From positions 21,558-85,557 of the forward strand of contig CAIOPG010000004.1 of assembly GCA_903860135.1 (NCBI GenBank): 64,000 bases of DNA. Reading direction: 5' to 3'. The notes beneath the pieces are model-generated. The model did no database searches. It was not told the DNA's origin and saw nothing but the letters and a program-made list of their open reading frames with translations. Below are positions 39,282 to 49,287 of the stretch, piece by piece (the stretch's first letter is position 1; each line of letters opens with the position of its first letter). A program made the translations under genes and the position numbers. Source of the stretch: Candidatus Omnitrophota bacterium (GTDB taxonomy: Bacteria; Omnitrophota; Gorgyraeia; Zapsychrales; Fredricksoniimonadaceae).

Positions 39282-39383
39282 TTAGCGGGTGTCTCTCTTC
39301 TTGAGATGACGGAGGGATTTGCGCAACTTCTTGCGCTTGTGTGTCTTGATTTTCTTCAGTTTTCTTTTTCTTCCGCAAGGCAT
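39282..39383 (-). CDS. Small basic protein, AURKAIP1/COX24 (bS22/mS38-like) family
   Basis: Not in the ORF track: MPCGRKRKLKKIKTHKRKKLRKSLRHLKKRDTR* (33 aa), preceded by AAAGGTAGG. Confidence 0.85.
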   Translation of the reverse strand: MPCGRKRKLKKIKTHKRKKLRKSLRHLKKRDTR

Positions 39384-39416
39384 GTTTTGACCTACCTTTA
39401 TGTGAGTGTTGCTTGT

Positions 39417-40292
39417 TTAGATAATAAGCTTGTTGATCGAATACTCAATAATACCCTGAGCCCCCGCCGCTTTCAAGGCCGGGATAATGGAACGCACAAT
39501 ACCTTCCTCAATGACTGTCTCGACAGCTACCCAGCCATCCTGAGCCAGCGGTGCTACCGTCGGATTCTTCAACGCCGGCAAGGCTGTCAATAACTTGTTA
39601 AGGTTGTTGGTGGCAATGTTCAACTTGAGGCCGACCATATTGTTGGCCGCCAGCGCCCCCTTCAAGAGCATGATCACCTGATCCATCTTGGCGCGCTTCC
39701 ATTCATCTTTAAAGGAAGCCTTGTTCACGATGAACTGGGTGGAAGATTCGCAAAGCGTTTCCACGATGCGCAGTTTATTGGCGCGCAGGCTGCTGCCCGT
39801 TTCTGTCAGCTCGACGATCGCATCAACCAGGCCTGAAGCCACCTTGGCCTCAGTCGCGCCCCAGCTGAACTCGACCTGCGCCTTGACCTTGTTCTTGGCC
39901 AAATACTTCCGGGTAATACCCACAACCTCGGTGGCGATGCGCTTGCCCGCAAGATCCTTGACTGATTTGATAGACGAATTTTCAGGAACGGCGAGAACCC
40001 AGCGCACCTTGTTTGTCGTGGCCTTGGAATATTGGAGCTCGGCCATCACCTGAACCTTGGAGCCATTTTCCGCAACCCAATCTGCCCCCGTGATGCCGCA
40101 ATCGAGGGTGCCATCTTCGACATAACGCGACATTTCCTGCGCCCTTAAAAGCACCGGGGATATATCCGTGTCGTCGATATGAGGAAAATACGACCGACTG
40201 GAAACAACCAGCTTATAACCGGCCTTTTCAAAAAGCGCAACGGTAGCATCTTGCAAACTTCCCTTGGGTAAACCGAGCTTCAATATAGGCAT
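39417..40292 (-). CDS. hisG: ATP phosphoribosyltransferase (long form)
   Basis: [46 protein letters not shown]-terminal regulatory domain. Confidence 0.96.
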   Translation of the reverse strand: MPILKLGLPKGSLQDATVALFEKAGYKLVVSSRSYFPHIDDTDISPVLLRAQEMSRYVEDGTLDCGITGADWVAENGSKVQVMAELQYSKATTNKVRWVLAVPENSSIKSVKDLAGKRIATEVVGITRKYLAKNKVKAQVEFSWGATEAKVASGLVDAIVELTETGSSLRANKLRIVETLCESSTQFIVNKASFKDEWKRAKMDQVIMLLKGALAANNMVGLKLNIATNNLNKLLTALPALKNPTVAPLAQDGWVAVETVIEEGIVRSIIPALKAAGAQGIIEYSINKLII

Positions 40293-40331
40293 AACCTTCG
40301 TCTTTCGTTTAAAAGTCCTTGAAGAGGGCAC

Positions 40332-40400
40332 ATTATAACTTAAGGTATAAGAAAATGTAAAGAGAAAATCCTTTCCAAATTGCTTCCGCCTGTTTATAAT
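40332..40400. promoter_or_regulatory. Divergent sigma70 promoters (hisG and the SurA-like gene)
   Basis: Minus strand TTTACA-18-TATAAT (40361-40332); plus strand TTTCCA-17-TATAAT (40372-40400). Confidence 0.6.
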
Positions 40401-40447
40401 CCAACGCATCACCATCAGGCTTCATCTAATAATTAAGGAGTTTTGCC

Positions 40448-41956
40448 ATGCTTAAAATCTTCCGCCAGAAAAATGTCGCCCGAAAAGTCCTCTGGGTCGT
40501 CACCGGCATCATTGTCATTTCCTTCGGTTTCGGTTTCGGCATTTCCCGTTACGGCGCGGCTTTTGATGTCACCCGCACCGCCGGTAAAGTTTACGGGCGA
40601 TCAATATCCCTCAAAGAATACCAGAAAAATTATCAGAACGTCCATGACCAGGCGGTCATGCTGCATGGTGCCGATGTCGAGCGCATCCTGCCCATGATGG
40701 ATCTGGAGAATGAAACCTGGTCGAGGATCATCCTGCTGAAAGCCGCCGAACAAAAAGGGCTCAAAGCCGTTGATGGGGAAGTTATCCAGTTTGTTGCCAA
40801 CACCCCCTACTTTCAGCGTGACGGACAGTTTGACAAGGGGCTGTACGCCAACATCGTCAAAAATATCTTCCGCCGTGAGCCGCGGGATTTTGAAGAAGGC
40901 CTGCGCGACCAGATCAAGATCATGAAACTTTTCAGCCCCGCCATCAAAGCGATCTCTTTCTCTGATGAAAAAGTCCGCCAGGAATATGAACGCCGCAACC
41001 AGAAAATGCAGGTGAATTATATCCTTATATCCCCGGAAGCCTTCACCCAGGGCATCACCGCCACTGACGAAGACCTGCGTCGCCACTTTGACGCCCGCCG
41101 TGAAGATTTCCAGGAGCCCGAAACAATGAAGGTCATGGCCATCTCCCTGCCACTTGATGCCAAGGCTTCTCCTGCCGACAAAGCCGCTGTTACGGCCAAA
41201 GCCAAAGAGCTCCGCGCGCAGATCACCGCCGGTACCGATGCCGCTGTTGCCGCCAAGCAATACAACGCCACTGTCAAGGAAACGGAATTCTTCAGTGTGA
41301 ATGCGCCTTCCAAAGATATCGTCCCTTCGTTTGAACTTCTGCAAGGTTTGTTCAGCGCCAAAGCCGGTGATGTCCTTGAACCGGCAGAAGGGGCTGATAG
41401 CGTCCAGGTCGTCAAAGTCCTTGAAAAGAAACCTGCCTTTGTGCCTGAATTCACGGCTATCAAAGAAAAAGTAAGTGTGGCGCTGATCAAAGAAAAAGCA
41501 GGGAAGATCGCCGAAGAAAAAGCTGCTGCCGTTCTCTTGGACGTCACGGAGAAGATCAAGGGCGGGCTGGACTTCGTCGCCGCTGTCCGTGCGGCGTCAT
41601 TTGAACCGAAACAAACGGCCTTCTTCGGCCTTGGAGAATATGTAGCTGAAATCGGCATGTCCGAAGATTTCACAACCGCCGCCTTTGCCCTCAACAAGGA
41701 CACCCCCCTGAGTGGTGTGGTCAAGACATCCAAAGGCCCCGCGATCCTCAGCTGGCTGGCCACACAACCTGCCGATGAAAAGAAATTCAGTGAAGTGAAA
41801 AAAGATTTTACCGATTCGCTTTATTCCGAAGAACGCGTGCATGTCATGAATGCGCTCATCAAAACACTGCGCGAGCAAGCCCAGCTGACAAGCTACCTCG
41901 GCGAGATCAATGCCAAACAAAAAGACGCGATCGAAAAAATGCGCATCAAAAAATAA
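40448..41956 (+). CDS. PpiD/SurA N-terminal domain periplasmic chaperone
   Basis: N-terminal TM, AGKVYGRSIS..EY, P.FQRDGQFDK..Y, degenerate rotamase-like domains. Confidence 0.85.
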   Translation: MLKIFRQKNVARKVLWVVTGIIVISFGFGFGISRYGAAFDVTRTAGKVYGRSISLKEYQKNYQNVHDQAVMLHGADVERILPMMDLENETWSRIILLKAAEQKGLKAVDGEVIQFVANTPYFQRDGQFDKGLYANIVKNIFRREPRDFEEGLRDQIKIMKLFSPAIKAISFSDEKVRQEYERRNQKMQVNYILISPEAFTQGITATDEDLRRHFDARREDFQEPETMKVMAISLPLDAKASPADKAAVTAKAKELRAQITAGTDAAVAAKQYNATVKETEFFSVNAPSKDIVPSFELLQGLFSAKAGDVLEPAEGADSVQVVKVLEKKPAFVPEFTAIKEKVSVALIKEKAGKIAEEKAAAVLLDVTEKIKGGLDFVAAVRAASFEPKQTAFFGLGEYVAEIGMSEDFTTAAFALNKDTPLSGVVKTSKGPAILSWLATQPADEKKFSEVKKDFTDSLYSEERVHVMNALIKTLREQAQLTSYLGEINAKQKDAIEKMRIKK

Positions 41957-41973
41957 TATCAGGAAACCCCAAT

Positions 41974-42005
41974 AAAAAGCCCCCGACATCCTCGGGGGCT
42001 TTTTT
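41974..42005. terminator. Bidirectional intrinsic terminator
   Basis: AAAAAGCCCCCGA-CATCC-TCGGGGGCTTTTTT between convergent genes. Confidence 0.9.
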
Positions 42006-42321
42006 ATAATATTGACGCTTCAAGCCATCGAAGGTAGGGCTCATGGCCAGCGATGATGGGGAGGGCGATGATCTCGGGGATGGCGTAGCTGTGCAGGCGT
42101 TTGATCTCAGTTTCAAGCGCGGGAAACGCATCGCGGCTGGTTTTGATCATGATGAGGACTTCAGAAGCTTGCTCAACAACACCTTCCCAGCGATAAACAG
42201 AACGAACACCAGGAATAATGGTACAGCACGCGGCCAGTTTCTTTTCAACAACAAAGCGGGCCATGCGATCAGCCTCTTCTTCACTCCCGGCACTCACATA
42301 CACCACCACAGGCTCTGCCAT
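42004..42321 (-). CDS. cutA: Divalent-cation tolerance protein CutA
   Basis: KLAACC, SVYRWEG, IKT, HSY..PEII.LPI..G..PYL.W. Confidence 0.95.
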   Translation of the reverse strand: MAEPVVVYVSAGSEEEADRMARFVVEKKLAACCTIIPGVRSVYRWEGVVEQASEVLIMIKTSRDAFPALETEIKRLHSYAIPEIIALPIIAGHEPYLRWLEASIL

Positions 42322-42333
42322 ACTCCACCCCCC

Positions 42334-43041
42334 TCACATCATGATAACCGAGATCATACGGCCGGACTTATCTGCATCCCGGCGAAATGAATGAAACCGG
42401 CTGGCATCACTGAACGAACACAAGCCGCAATCAAAGATATTGCCACATTTAACGCCTGAACCCGTCAACTGGCGAAGGTTGGCTGACACAATATCAAAAC
42501 GCAGGCCCGCATCCGTCTTAACGGTGTCCTGCGGAAAATAATCCATGAATTCAGGACCGACCTCACAACTTTCACGCCGAATACAGGGACCAATCGCCGC
42601 GCGGATGTCCTGCGGATCAACACCGTAATCCCGTTGCATCAAGGCCACCGTCTTGGCCGCGATATCCAGCCTGGTGCTTTTCCAGCCGGCATGCACGGCG
42701 GCAATGACCCGGCGCACAGGGTCATACAATAAAGCCGGCAGGCAGTCCGCCGTGCGGATGGCCATGGGAAGGCCGGCAACATCCGTCACCACGGCATCTG
42801 CCGCAACAATGCCCGCCTGGACCGCATCGCTGGCCGTCACCTTCCAGATCGCATCCCCGTGAACTTGTTTGGGCAAAACAAGCCCTTTATCAAGAACAAG
42901 CCCGCGGTCTTTCAAATACTTTGCTTGCAGATCTGTCAGCGTATACGCAACAAAGGCCGGATCACCCTTAAAGAAATCAAGCTCCGCCGTGCTGGTGAAG
43001 GCCGAAACACCCAGGAATGAGGAATAATTTATTTCAGTCAT
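42334..43041 (-). CDS. pgeF: PgeF/YfiH purine nucleoside phosphorylase-laccase domain protein
   Basis: QVHG, TADCLP, AVHAGW, IGPCI, FHSFRR. Confidence 0.92.
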   Translation of the reverse strand: MTEINYSSFLGVSAFTSTAELDFFKGDPAFVAYTLTDLQAKYLKDRGLVLDKGLVLPKQVHGDAIWKVTASDAVQAGIVAADAVVTDVAGLPMAIRTADCLPALLYDPVRRVIAAVHAGWKSTRLDIAAKTVALMQRDYGVDPQDIRAAIGPCIRRESCEVGPEFMDYFPQDTVKTDAGLRFDIVSANLRQLTGSGVKCGNIFDCGLCSFSDASRFHSFRRDADKSGRMISVIMM

Positions 43042-43054
43042 ATTTAAATTCTTT

Positions 43055-43405
43055 CTACCCTTGAGCATTTCTAAGCTGCTTCCCTGTTACATCAAAATAG
43101 AAATAAATCTTCGGCGTCGCCGCAGGGTTGGCCATGCGGTGATAAACACACTGTTCTTCAACTCCCTGGGGGCGGCAGAAAGCCGGTTCGCCAAAAGTCC
43201 TGATCACAGCTGACTTGTCAGCATACCGGCCGAGCCTGCCCGGCACTTGCGCTTGCTGCCGCAAGGCGTCATACCGCTTGTCCTGGGCCTTGACCGAGGC
43301 TTCCTGCGCGTCTTGCTCATCAGAGAAAGCCTTGAGGGCAAAGATCCCGTCGAGAGAAGAACAGCCTGAACATGCCAGCAGAAGAACAAGCAAATACGGT
43401 GCCAT
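43055..43405 (-). CDS. Hypothetical lipoprotein
   Basis: Lipobox-like LLLACSGC; C-terminal V...FGEP segment resembling BamE/SmpA folds. Confidence 0.65.
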   Translation of the reverse strand: MAPYLLVLLLACSGCSSLDGIFALKAFSDEQDAQEASVKAQDKRYDALRQQAQVPGRLGRYADKSAVIRTFGEPAFCRPQGVEEQCVYHRMANPAATPKIYFYFDVTGKQLRNAQG

Positions 43406-43409
43406 GGGA

Positions 43410-43664
43410 TCAATGCTCCCAGCGGAAATGGACAAAGATACGCCCAAAATTCTTGTCGTCTTTCTCAATGCGGTGGAACCGGCCCTTATAATTCTTCTCA
43501 AGGAACCGCAGTACCGACTTTTTCAACTGCCCCGAACCTTTGCCGGGAATGATCTCAACGGACTCCGCGCGCTTGGCGATCGCTTCGTGCAGGATGCCGT
43601 GCAACGCCGTGTCCAGGGCATGTCCGTCGGAAAAGATATTGTGCAGATCAAGTTTTAAACGCAT
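43410..43664 (-). CDS. Stand-alone Smr (small MutS-related) domain protein
   Basis: LDLH and VEIIPGKGSGQLK motifs, 84 aa. Confidence 0.88.
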   Translation of the reverse strand: MRLKLDLHNIFSDGHALDTALHGILHEAIAKRAESVEIIPGKGSGQLKKSVLRFLEKNYKGRFHRIEKDDKNFGRIFVHFRWEH

Positions 43665-43680
43665 AAACCTCTGTCAGGCC

Positions 43681-45639
43681 TTAGCCACGCTGGATCCTGT
43701 CGCGCTCTTCGGTGATGGCCTTGCGCGTGCTGGCAATCTCGCGCAGGCGCGTCTGGATCTCTTTCAGGCGGCGGCCACAGGCGGCGATTTCTTCACGCGG
43801 ACGGCCATTGAACGATTCATTCATCACACGAGACTTGATATATGTTTCCGTTTCCAGCGCCTTTTCCTCACGATCGAGAGCCTTGAACTGATCCTTGATC
43901 GCGGCGAGGCGCTGAAGGGCCTGCTCGTGCTGTTCACGGGCCAGACGCAGGTTTTCGGGCTCACTGGGATCACGCCGCGCCGGCTGACCAGCCGCCTTGC
44001 CTTCACGCGCACGCGCCGCCGCATTTTTCCCGGCAGCCGCTTCCTCGGCCGCACGACCGGCTTTCTTGTCGAGGTAATAATCCAGCGCCCCCGGATAATG
44101 GCGTATCGCCCCGCTGTCGACCTCAACAATATGATTGGCGATCTCACGGATAAAATACAGGTCATGGCTGATAAAACATAGGGTGCCGGCATAATTCTTG
44201 AATGCGCGCGTCAAGGCTTCAACACCCGCCACATCGAGGTGCGTTGTCGGCTCATCAAGCAGGATAAAATTGGGCGGATTGATCAACAGCTTCGCCAGGA
44301 TAAGGCGGCTCTTCTCACCGCCGGAGAGGACAGCAACAGTCTTAAAAACATCCTCACCGTGAAAGTTGAACATGCCCAGCAGGCTGCGCGCCTGCGTCTG
44401 CGGAAAACTGCCGCCGACGGCTGACAGGAGCTCTTCATACACCGAGCGCGACGGATTAAGCACATCTAGGCGCGTCTGCGAGAAATACCCCATCTTGACA
44501 CCATGCCCAAGACGACGGGTACCACTGTCGTACGGGATAACATCCGCCAGGATCTTCAACAGCGTGGATTTACCCGCGCCGTTGCCGCCGACCAGGCACA
44601 TCTTCTGCCCTTTGGTGATCTCAAAATCAAGGCCGTTATAGATCATTTTATCCGGGTAGGACTTTTTGATATTCGACAAGGTCATGACCGTATAGCCGCT
44701 TTCCGTCGTCTGCGGAAAATTAAAATCCTTGATGCTCAGGCGCGTGCGCGGCAGATCCTGCGACTCATCCTCGAGTTTCTCGAGCATCTTCATCTTGTTC
44801 TGCACGGCCGAGGCCCGGTTGGGCTGGGCGTGGAAACGCGATGTGAACCGCTCAAGCTGATCCTTCTTTTTATCCACGACCTTCATGCGTTTTTCAAGGG
44901 TACGGTACTCGATCTCTTTCTGTGCCATGAAGGCCTCGTAACAGCCTTTCACCTTGGTCATTTTCCCGTTCTCAAGGACGATGGTGTAGTTGGTCACATC
45001 ATTCAAAAAAACCTTGTCGTGCGAGATCATGACAAAAGACCCCGGGTATTTGCCCAGAAAATCCTTGAGCCATAAGGTCGCCGCGAGATCCAGGTAGTTC
45101 GTCGGCTCGTCGAGGAGCAAAAGGTCGTAGGCATACGTGAGTAGTTTGGCCAACAGCGTGCGCATCTGCCATCCGCCGGAAAGCTGGCACACCGGCTTGT
45201 GGAACTCAAATTCACGAAAGCCAAGGCCCGTCAGGATCTTCTCCGCCTTGTGTTCCAGCTCATAAACCCCGAGCTCCTCAAAACGCTCTAGGATATCCCC
45301 GTAACGTATTTCGGCACACAGGCCCGCCTCTTCCATCTTATGCTTCTCGTCCACCAGAGCGCGGATCTCGTCGTCACCGGAAGTCACTTCTTCCATGACC
45401 GTGCGCGTTGAGTCAAAATGCGACTCCTGCGGCAGGTACCCGATCTTGATACCCTTCTGGATCGTGATATTGCCGGCCGTCGTTTCCATGTCGCCGAGGA
45501 TCATATGAAAAAGGGTTGTTTTGCCGGCGCCATTAGGGCCGGTCAACCCGATGCGTTCATTGGAAAAGATACTGAGCGACACATCGTCCATCAGCATGCG
45601 CTCATCGAAATTCTTGGAAACATTCGTTAATGTGATCAT
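43681..45639 (-). CDS. ABC-F family ATPase
   Basis: Two NBDs (GPNGAGKT/LSGGW/DEPTN and GGNGAGKS/LSGGE/DEPTT), no TM, C-terminal coiled coil. Confidence 0.95.
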   Translation of the reverse strand: MITLTNVSKNFDERMLMDDVSLSIFSNERIGLTGPNGAGKTTLFHMILGDMETTAGNITIQKGIKIGYLPQESHFDSTRTVMEEVTSGDDEIRALVDEKHKMEEAGLCAEIRYGDILERFEELGVYELEHKAEKILTGLGFREFEFHKPVCQLSGGWQMRTLLAKLLTYAYDLLLLDEPTNYLDLAATLWLKDFLGKYPGSFVMISHDKVFLNDVTNYTIVLENGKMTKVKGCYEAFMAQKEIEYRTLEKRMKVVDKKKDQLERFTSRFHAQPNRASAVQNKMKMLEKLEDESQDLPRTRLSIKDFNFPQTTESGYTVMTLSNIKKSYPDKMIYNGLDFEITKGQKMCLVGGNGAGKSTLLKILADVIPYDSGTRRLGHGVKMGYFSQTRLDVLNPSRSVYEELLSAVGGSFPQTQARSLLGMFNFHGEDVFKTVAVLSGGEKSRLILAKLLINPPNFILLDEPTTHLDVAGVEALTRAFKNYAGTLCFISHDLYFIREIANHIVEVDSGAIRHYPGALDYYLDKKAGRAAEEAAAGKNAAARAREGKAAGQPARRDPSEPENLRLAREQHEQALQRLAAIKDQFKALDREEKALETETYIKSRVMNESFNGRPREEIAACGRRLKEIQTRLREIASTRKAITEERDRIQRG

Positions 45640-46760
45640 GACCTTCCTGTTCTCCTCACCGGTGAAGCCTTGCCTGAATAAGTTTTATGCCCGTACGGCT
45701 TGTCGCTGCGCGGACGAGGTGTGAAGGTACGCCGCTCATCCGGTTTGGAGGATCTTTCTCCCACCGGCCTTGGCGCATACGTCTTTCTCTCCTCTGTTCT
45801 GGCCGCATAAGGCGTGTCACTGCTGGTGCGCGGCCTAGAGCTGTACGGCCTGTCTCCTGTGGGGCGCGGCCTGAAGGATCTTTTTTCGTCTGACTCCGGT
45901 CGTGCGGATCTTTCCCCGGCGGGGCGTACGGACCTTGTTTCCGGACGTGCGGCTCCGGCCGATGAAGGCCGTCCGCTCTGCCAGTCGCGGTTGGCGGAAA
46001 AACGGCGTTGAGGGGAATTCGACGAGAATACAGGCTTTAATGGGCGTGCGGCCCGGCCAATGGCATGCAGGGATGCCTGCTCTTCAGGCGTCAATGGACG
46101 CCAGGCCCCGGACTTAAGGGTATCCAGACTGAGCGGCCCCTGTGCCACACGGGTCAGGCGTACCACATCGTGCCCGACCTCATGGCACATGAGCCGGACC
46201 TGATGCTTATGGCCTTCATGGATGGTCAGATCAAATTCCGTAAAATTACCATCAAAAGTAACGTTAGCAACCTCGGCCGGGGCTGTCTTGAATTTCTCGA
46301 TCACAACGCCCTGCTCAAGCCGGTCCTTTTCGCGAAACTCCAGGCGACGGGCAACGCGGACATGGTAGGTTTTATTCACATCAAAACTCGGATGCGCCAG
46401 GCGATGGGCCAACTCGCCGTCATTGGTCAGGAACAGAAGCCCCTGCGTGTCTTTGTCGAGGCGGCCTACGGGCTTCAAGTGCCGCAGGTTCGGCGGCAAC
46501 AGGGCCAACACACCCCACTGGTCAAACTGCGTCTCGCACGTCGTCACATACCCGACCGGCTTGTGGAGCATAATGTACTCATAATCCTTCAGCTTGATCT
46601 CGCGCCCCTGCAGGGTGATCTTGTCGTCACCCGGATCCATCATATGTGACGGCTCGCGCACCACATTGCCATTGACCGTCACATCACCGGCCAGAATGTG
46701 GTCGAATGCCTTGCGCCGGGAGATCCCGCCATTATGAGAAATAAAAAGTTGTAGTTTCAT
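45636..46760 (-). CDS. rluB: RluB/RsuA-family pseudouridine synthase with an Arg/Pro-rich tail
   Basis: S4 domain, HKPVGYVTT, PVGRLDKDTQGLL.LTNDG. Confidence 0.88.
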   Translation of the reverse strand: MKLQLFISHNGGISRRKAFDHILAGDVTVNGNVVREPSHMMDPGDDKITLQGREIKLKDYEYIMLHKPVGYVTTCETQFDQWGVLALLPPNLRHLKPVGRLDKDTQGLLFLTNDGELAHRLAHPSFDVNKTYHVRVARRLEFREKDRLEQGVVIEKFKTAPAEVANVTFDGNFTEFDLTIHEGHKHQVRLMCHEVGHDVVRLTRVAQGPLSLDTLKSGAWRPLTPEEQASLHAIGRAARPLKPVFSSNSPQRRFSANRDWQSGRPSSAGAARPETRSVRPAGERSARPESDEKRSFRPRPTGDRPYSSRPRTSSDTPYAARTEERKTYAPRPVGERSSKPDERRTFTPRPRSDKPYGHKTYSGKASPVRRTGRS

Positions 46761-47560
46761 AGCCGCCTTCTTTGTCTTAACGATTCATAAACCATCACCG
46801 CGGCAGAAACGGAGACATTGAGCGAATCCACCTTCCCCTGCATGGGGATCCGGACCTGCTCATCCGCATTGCGACGCCAAAAATCACTTAATCCTTCCTG
46901 CTCACTACCCATGATGACAGCGACCGCCCCCGTCATGTCCTTATCAAAATAATACGCCTCGGCCTGCACCACCGCCGCAAATATACGCGCCCCTTTGAGC
47001 CGTAAGAAATCCAGTGCCGCCTTGTTCGTGCACGCCACCACCGGCACCGCAAATACCGCGCCAAGGCTCGCCCGGATGACATTGGGATTATAAATATCCG
47101 TCCGTTCATCACAGACCAACAGTGCCTCCACACCAGCCGCATCGGCCGTGCGCAGGGCCGCCCCGAGATTGCCAGGTTTCTCCACGCGCTCCATCACAAG
47201 TACCAACGGCGCCGCGCTGAGCTTAAGGGCCTCAAGGGTCAATTCCGGCTGTTCCACCAGACCCAACACCCCTTCGGTGCGGTCGCCGTAACAGAGTTTA
47301 CCAAAAACCGCGCACCCTGTGTCAAACACTTTCACGCCCTTCTCAACCAAACGGCTCACCAGCGCCTCATCACAACGGTAAAGGCCTTCACGGCAAATAT
47401 AAACGCACGAAAAACGTAACCCCGCGTTCAACGCCTGGCTGACCTCACGCGCCCCCTCGACGATCGTGAGGCCACGCGCCTCACGGCTTTTTTTGGTCCG
47501 CAAGCGCACCACACGTTTGATGCCGGGATTCTGCAAACTTGAAATCTTTTCGATCACCAT
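46757..47560 (-). CDS. TrmH/SpoU family RNA methyltransferase
   Basis: ISSLQNP.IK, EKPGNLGA.LRTADA, GSEQEGL, IPM.G..DSLNVS. Confidence 0.93.
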   Translation of the reverse strand: MVIEKISSLQNPGIKRVVRLRTKKSREARGLTIVEGAREVSQALNAGLRFSCVYICREGLYRCDEALVSRLVEKGVKVFDTGCAVFGKLCYGDRTEGVLGLVEQPELTLEALKLSAAPLVLVMERVEKPGNLGAALRTADAAGVEALLVCDERTDIYNPNVIRASLGAVFAVPVVACTNKAALDFLRLKGARIFAAVVQAEAYYFDKDMTGAVAVIMGSEQEGLSDFWRRNADEQVRIPMQGKVDSLNVSVSAAVMVYESLRQRRRL

Positions 47561-47573
47561 AGTCTCGGTCCCA

Positions 47574-48047
47574 TTATTTCCTCGCCGATGTGTAACTTTC
47601 AAGGTCATACACGATCTGCTTCGACGGCATCGGGATCTTGTCGATCTGGATATTGGCTCGCCCGAAGAAATCTGTTGCCAGCGTGCTGTGATAATCGGAA
47701 AACACCACCACCCGTTTGATCCCTGCGGCAATCAGCGCCTTGGCGCAGGTCGTGCAGGGCATGTTGGTCACATACGCCGTTGCCCCGTCAATGATATGCC
47801 CCTTGCGCGCCGCCTGGGTGATCGCGTTCATCTCCGCGTGATTGGTGCGCACGCAATGATTCTCGACGATAAGGCACCCTGCGTCCTCACAATGCACATC
47901 GCCGGGGATCGACCCGTTATACCCCGTGGCAATAACCTGACGGTCTTTCACGAGCACACACCCGCAATGCATCCGCGGGCACGTCGCCCGTTCGGAAGCA
48001 ATCATCGCCAGCTTCATAAAATACTCATCCCAATGCGGTCTCGCCAT
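47574..48047 (-). CDS. dCMP deaminase (ComEB-like)
   Basis: RP.WDEYFM, ATGYNG, HAE.NA, PC..C. Confidence 0.93.
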   Translation of the reverse strand: MARPHWDEYFMKLAMIASERATCPRMHCGCVLVKDRQVIATGYNGSIPGDVHCEDAGCLIVENHCVRTNHAEMNAITQAARKGHIIDGATAYVTNMPCTTCAKALIAAGIKRVVVFSDYHSTLATDFFGRANIQIDKIPMPSKQIVYDLESYTSARK

Positions 48048-48108
48048 AAATCACCCTCCTCGTTCATCAGTTGGACAGATATATTAACAGATACAGAAAG
48101 GAACGTCG

Positions 48109-49287
48109 TTAAAAATCTACCACCCGCCGCACGCCTTCCTGGAAAATATTTTCCGGAGGTAGTAGGCTCACGACGAAATGGTCTTCCTGCTCGAAATCAA
48201 AGAAAAATCCCGGATGGACAAAAACGTGTTTTTCTTTAAGGAGCCTGAGCGCCCATTCATCGCCGGGCAGGCCCATGTCCGTCTGCAGAACCGCATACCA
48301 GCCAGCATCTGTCGGAAGGACGTTGATGGGAGTAGTAGCAACCGCCGCAGACAGATACACATAGTTGGCACGTATCCGCGCCATGATCCTTGCGGTGATC
48401 TCGCCACGCTTGGCAAGCCATACCGGCGCGGCATTCTGGACGGGCGTATTGACGGACAGATAAGTATCAGCAATGATTTCTAGGCGGCTGATAGCTTCAT
48501 GGACCTGATCTTGAGGGCCATTAACAACGATCCAACCCAGCTTCATCTGGGGCAGAGCCATGGCTTTTGACAAGCCGCCAAGGGCAAAGCTCAAGGCACC
48601 GGTATTGGCGGCCAAGCTCGGGCAGGGTGTTTTAACAGGATCAAATACATAATCCGCAAAAACTTCATCGCTAATGAGTGCCATATCAAAATCCGCGCAC
48701 AGCGCATTCAGGCGGGAGATTTCATCCGGGCGCACGCAGGATCCCGTCGGATTGTTGGGACTCACGAGCACCACAGCCTTGACCCCGCGCCGGGCTTCTT
48801 TCTTCAGGAATTCAAAATCAATGCCCCATGACTGGCCGTCGAAAGCAAGGCGGTAGTTAGCTGTTTCCACATCGTTAAGCCCGGCGAGATACGAAAAAAG
48901 CGGATACCCCGGCACCGGCAAAAGGACACGGTCATGCGGGTTCATCAACAGGCGAAACAGGAACGTGTACGCTTCAGATGAGGCTGACGTCAAAATGATC
49001 TGCTCGGGCGAAACAACAATGCCCTTGTCGGCATAATAACGCGCCACGGCCTCACGGGCCTTCTGCATGCCCTTGGGATGTGGGTCATATAAAAGATTGG
49101 CTGTATTTTGAAACGGGGGCAGAATCAGATCCGCCGGATGCGCTATCCCGGCCTTGGTCGGATTCGACTCTGTCAGATCAAGAACAGAAACCCCCGCCGC
49201 CCGGAGCTTATCCAGCTCGAGGGCAAGAGGGTTCTCGCCTAAATCCCATTGTGTGCGTTGAGCAAACATGTGCGAAGGTATCGTCAC
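48109..49287 (-). CDS. PLP-dependent aminotransferase class I/II
   Basis: DLTESNPT, VSPNNPTG, ISDEVF, GGLSK...PQMKLGW. Confidence 0.92.
   Translation of the reverse strand: MTIPSHMFAQRTQWDLGENPLALELDKLRAAGVSVLDLTESNPTKAGIAHPADLILPPFQNTANLLYDPHPKGMQKAREAVARYYADKGIVVSPEQIILTSASSEAYTFLFRLLMNPHDRVLLPVPGYPLFSYLAGLNDVETANYRLAFDGQSWGIDFEFLKKEARRGVKAVVLVSPNNPTGSCVRPDEISRLNALCADFDMALISDEVFADYVFDPVKTPCPSLAANTGALSFALGGLSKAMALPQMKLGWIVVNGPQDQVHEAISRLEIIADTYLSVNTPVQNAAPVWLAKRGEITARIMARIRANYVYLSAAVATTPINVLPTDAGWYAVLQTDMGLPGDEWALRLLKEKHVFVHPGFFFDFEQEDHFVVSLLPPENIFQEGVRRVVDF

Noticed and set aside
39417-40415. N-terminal extensions in the ORF track (hisG; likewise ilvE, TrmH, GT2, GT-C, mcsA, lpxD)
   Set aside because: Longest-ORF artefacts; family alignment and RBS or overlap patterns support downstream starts.
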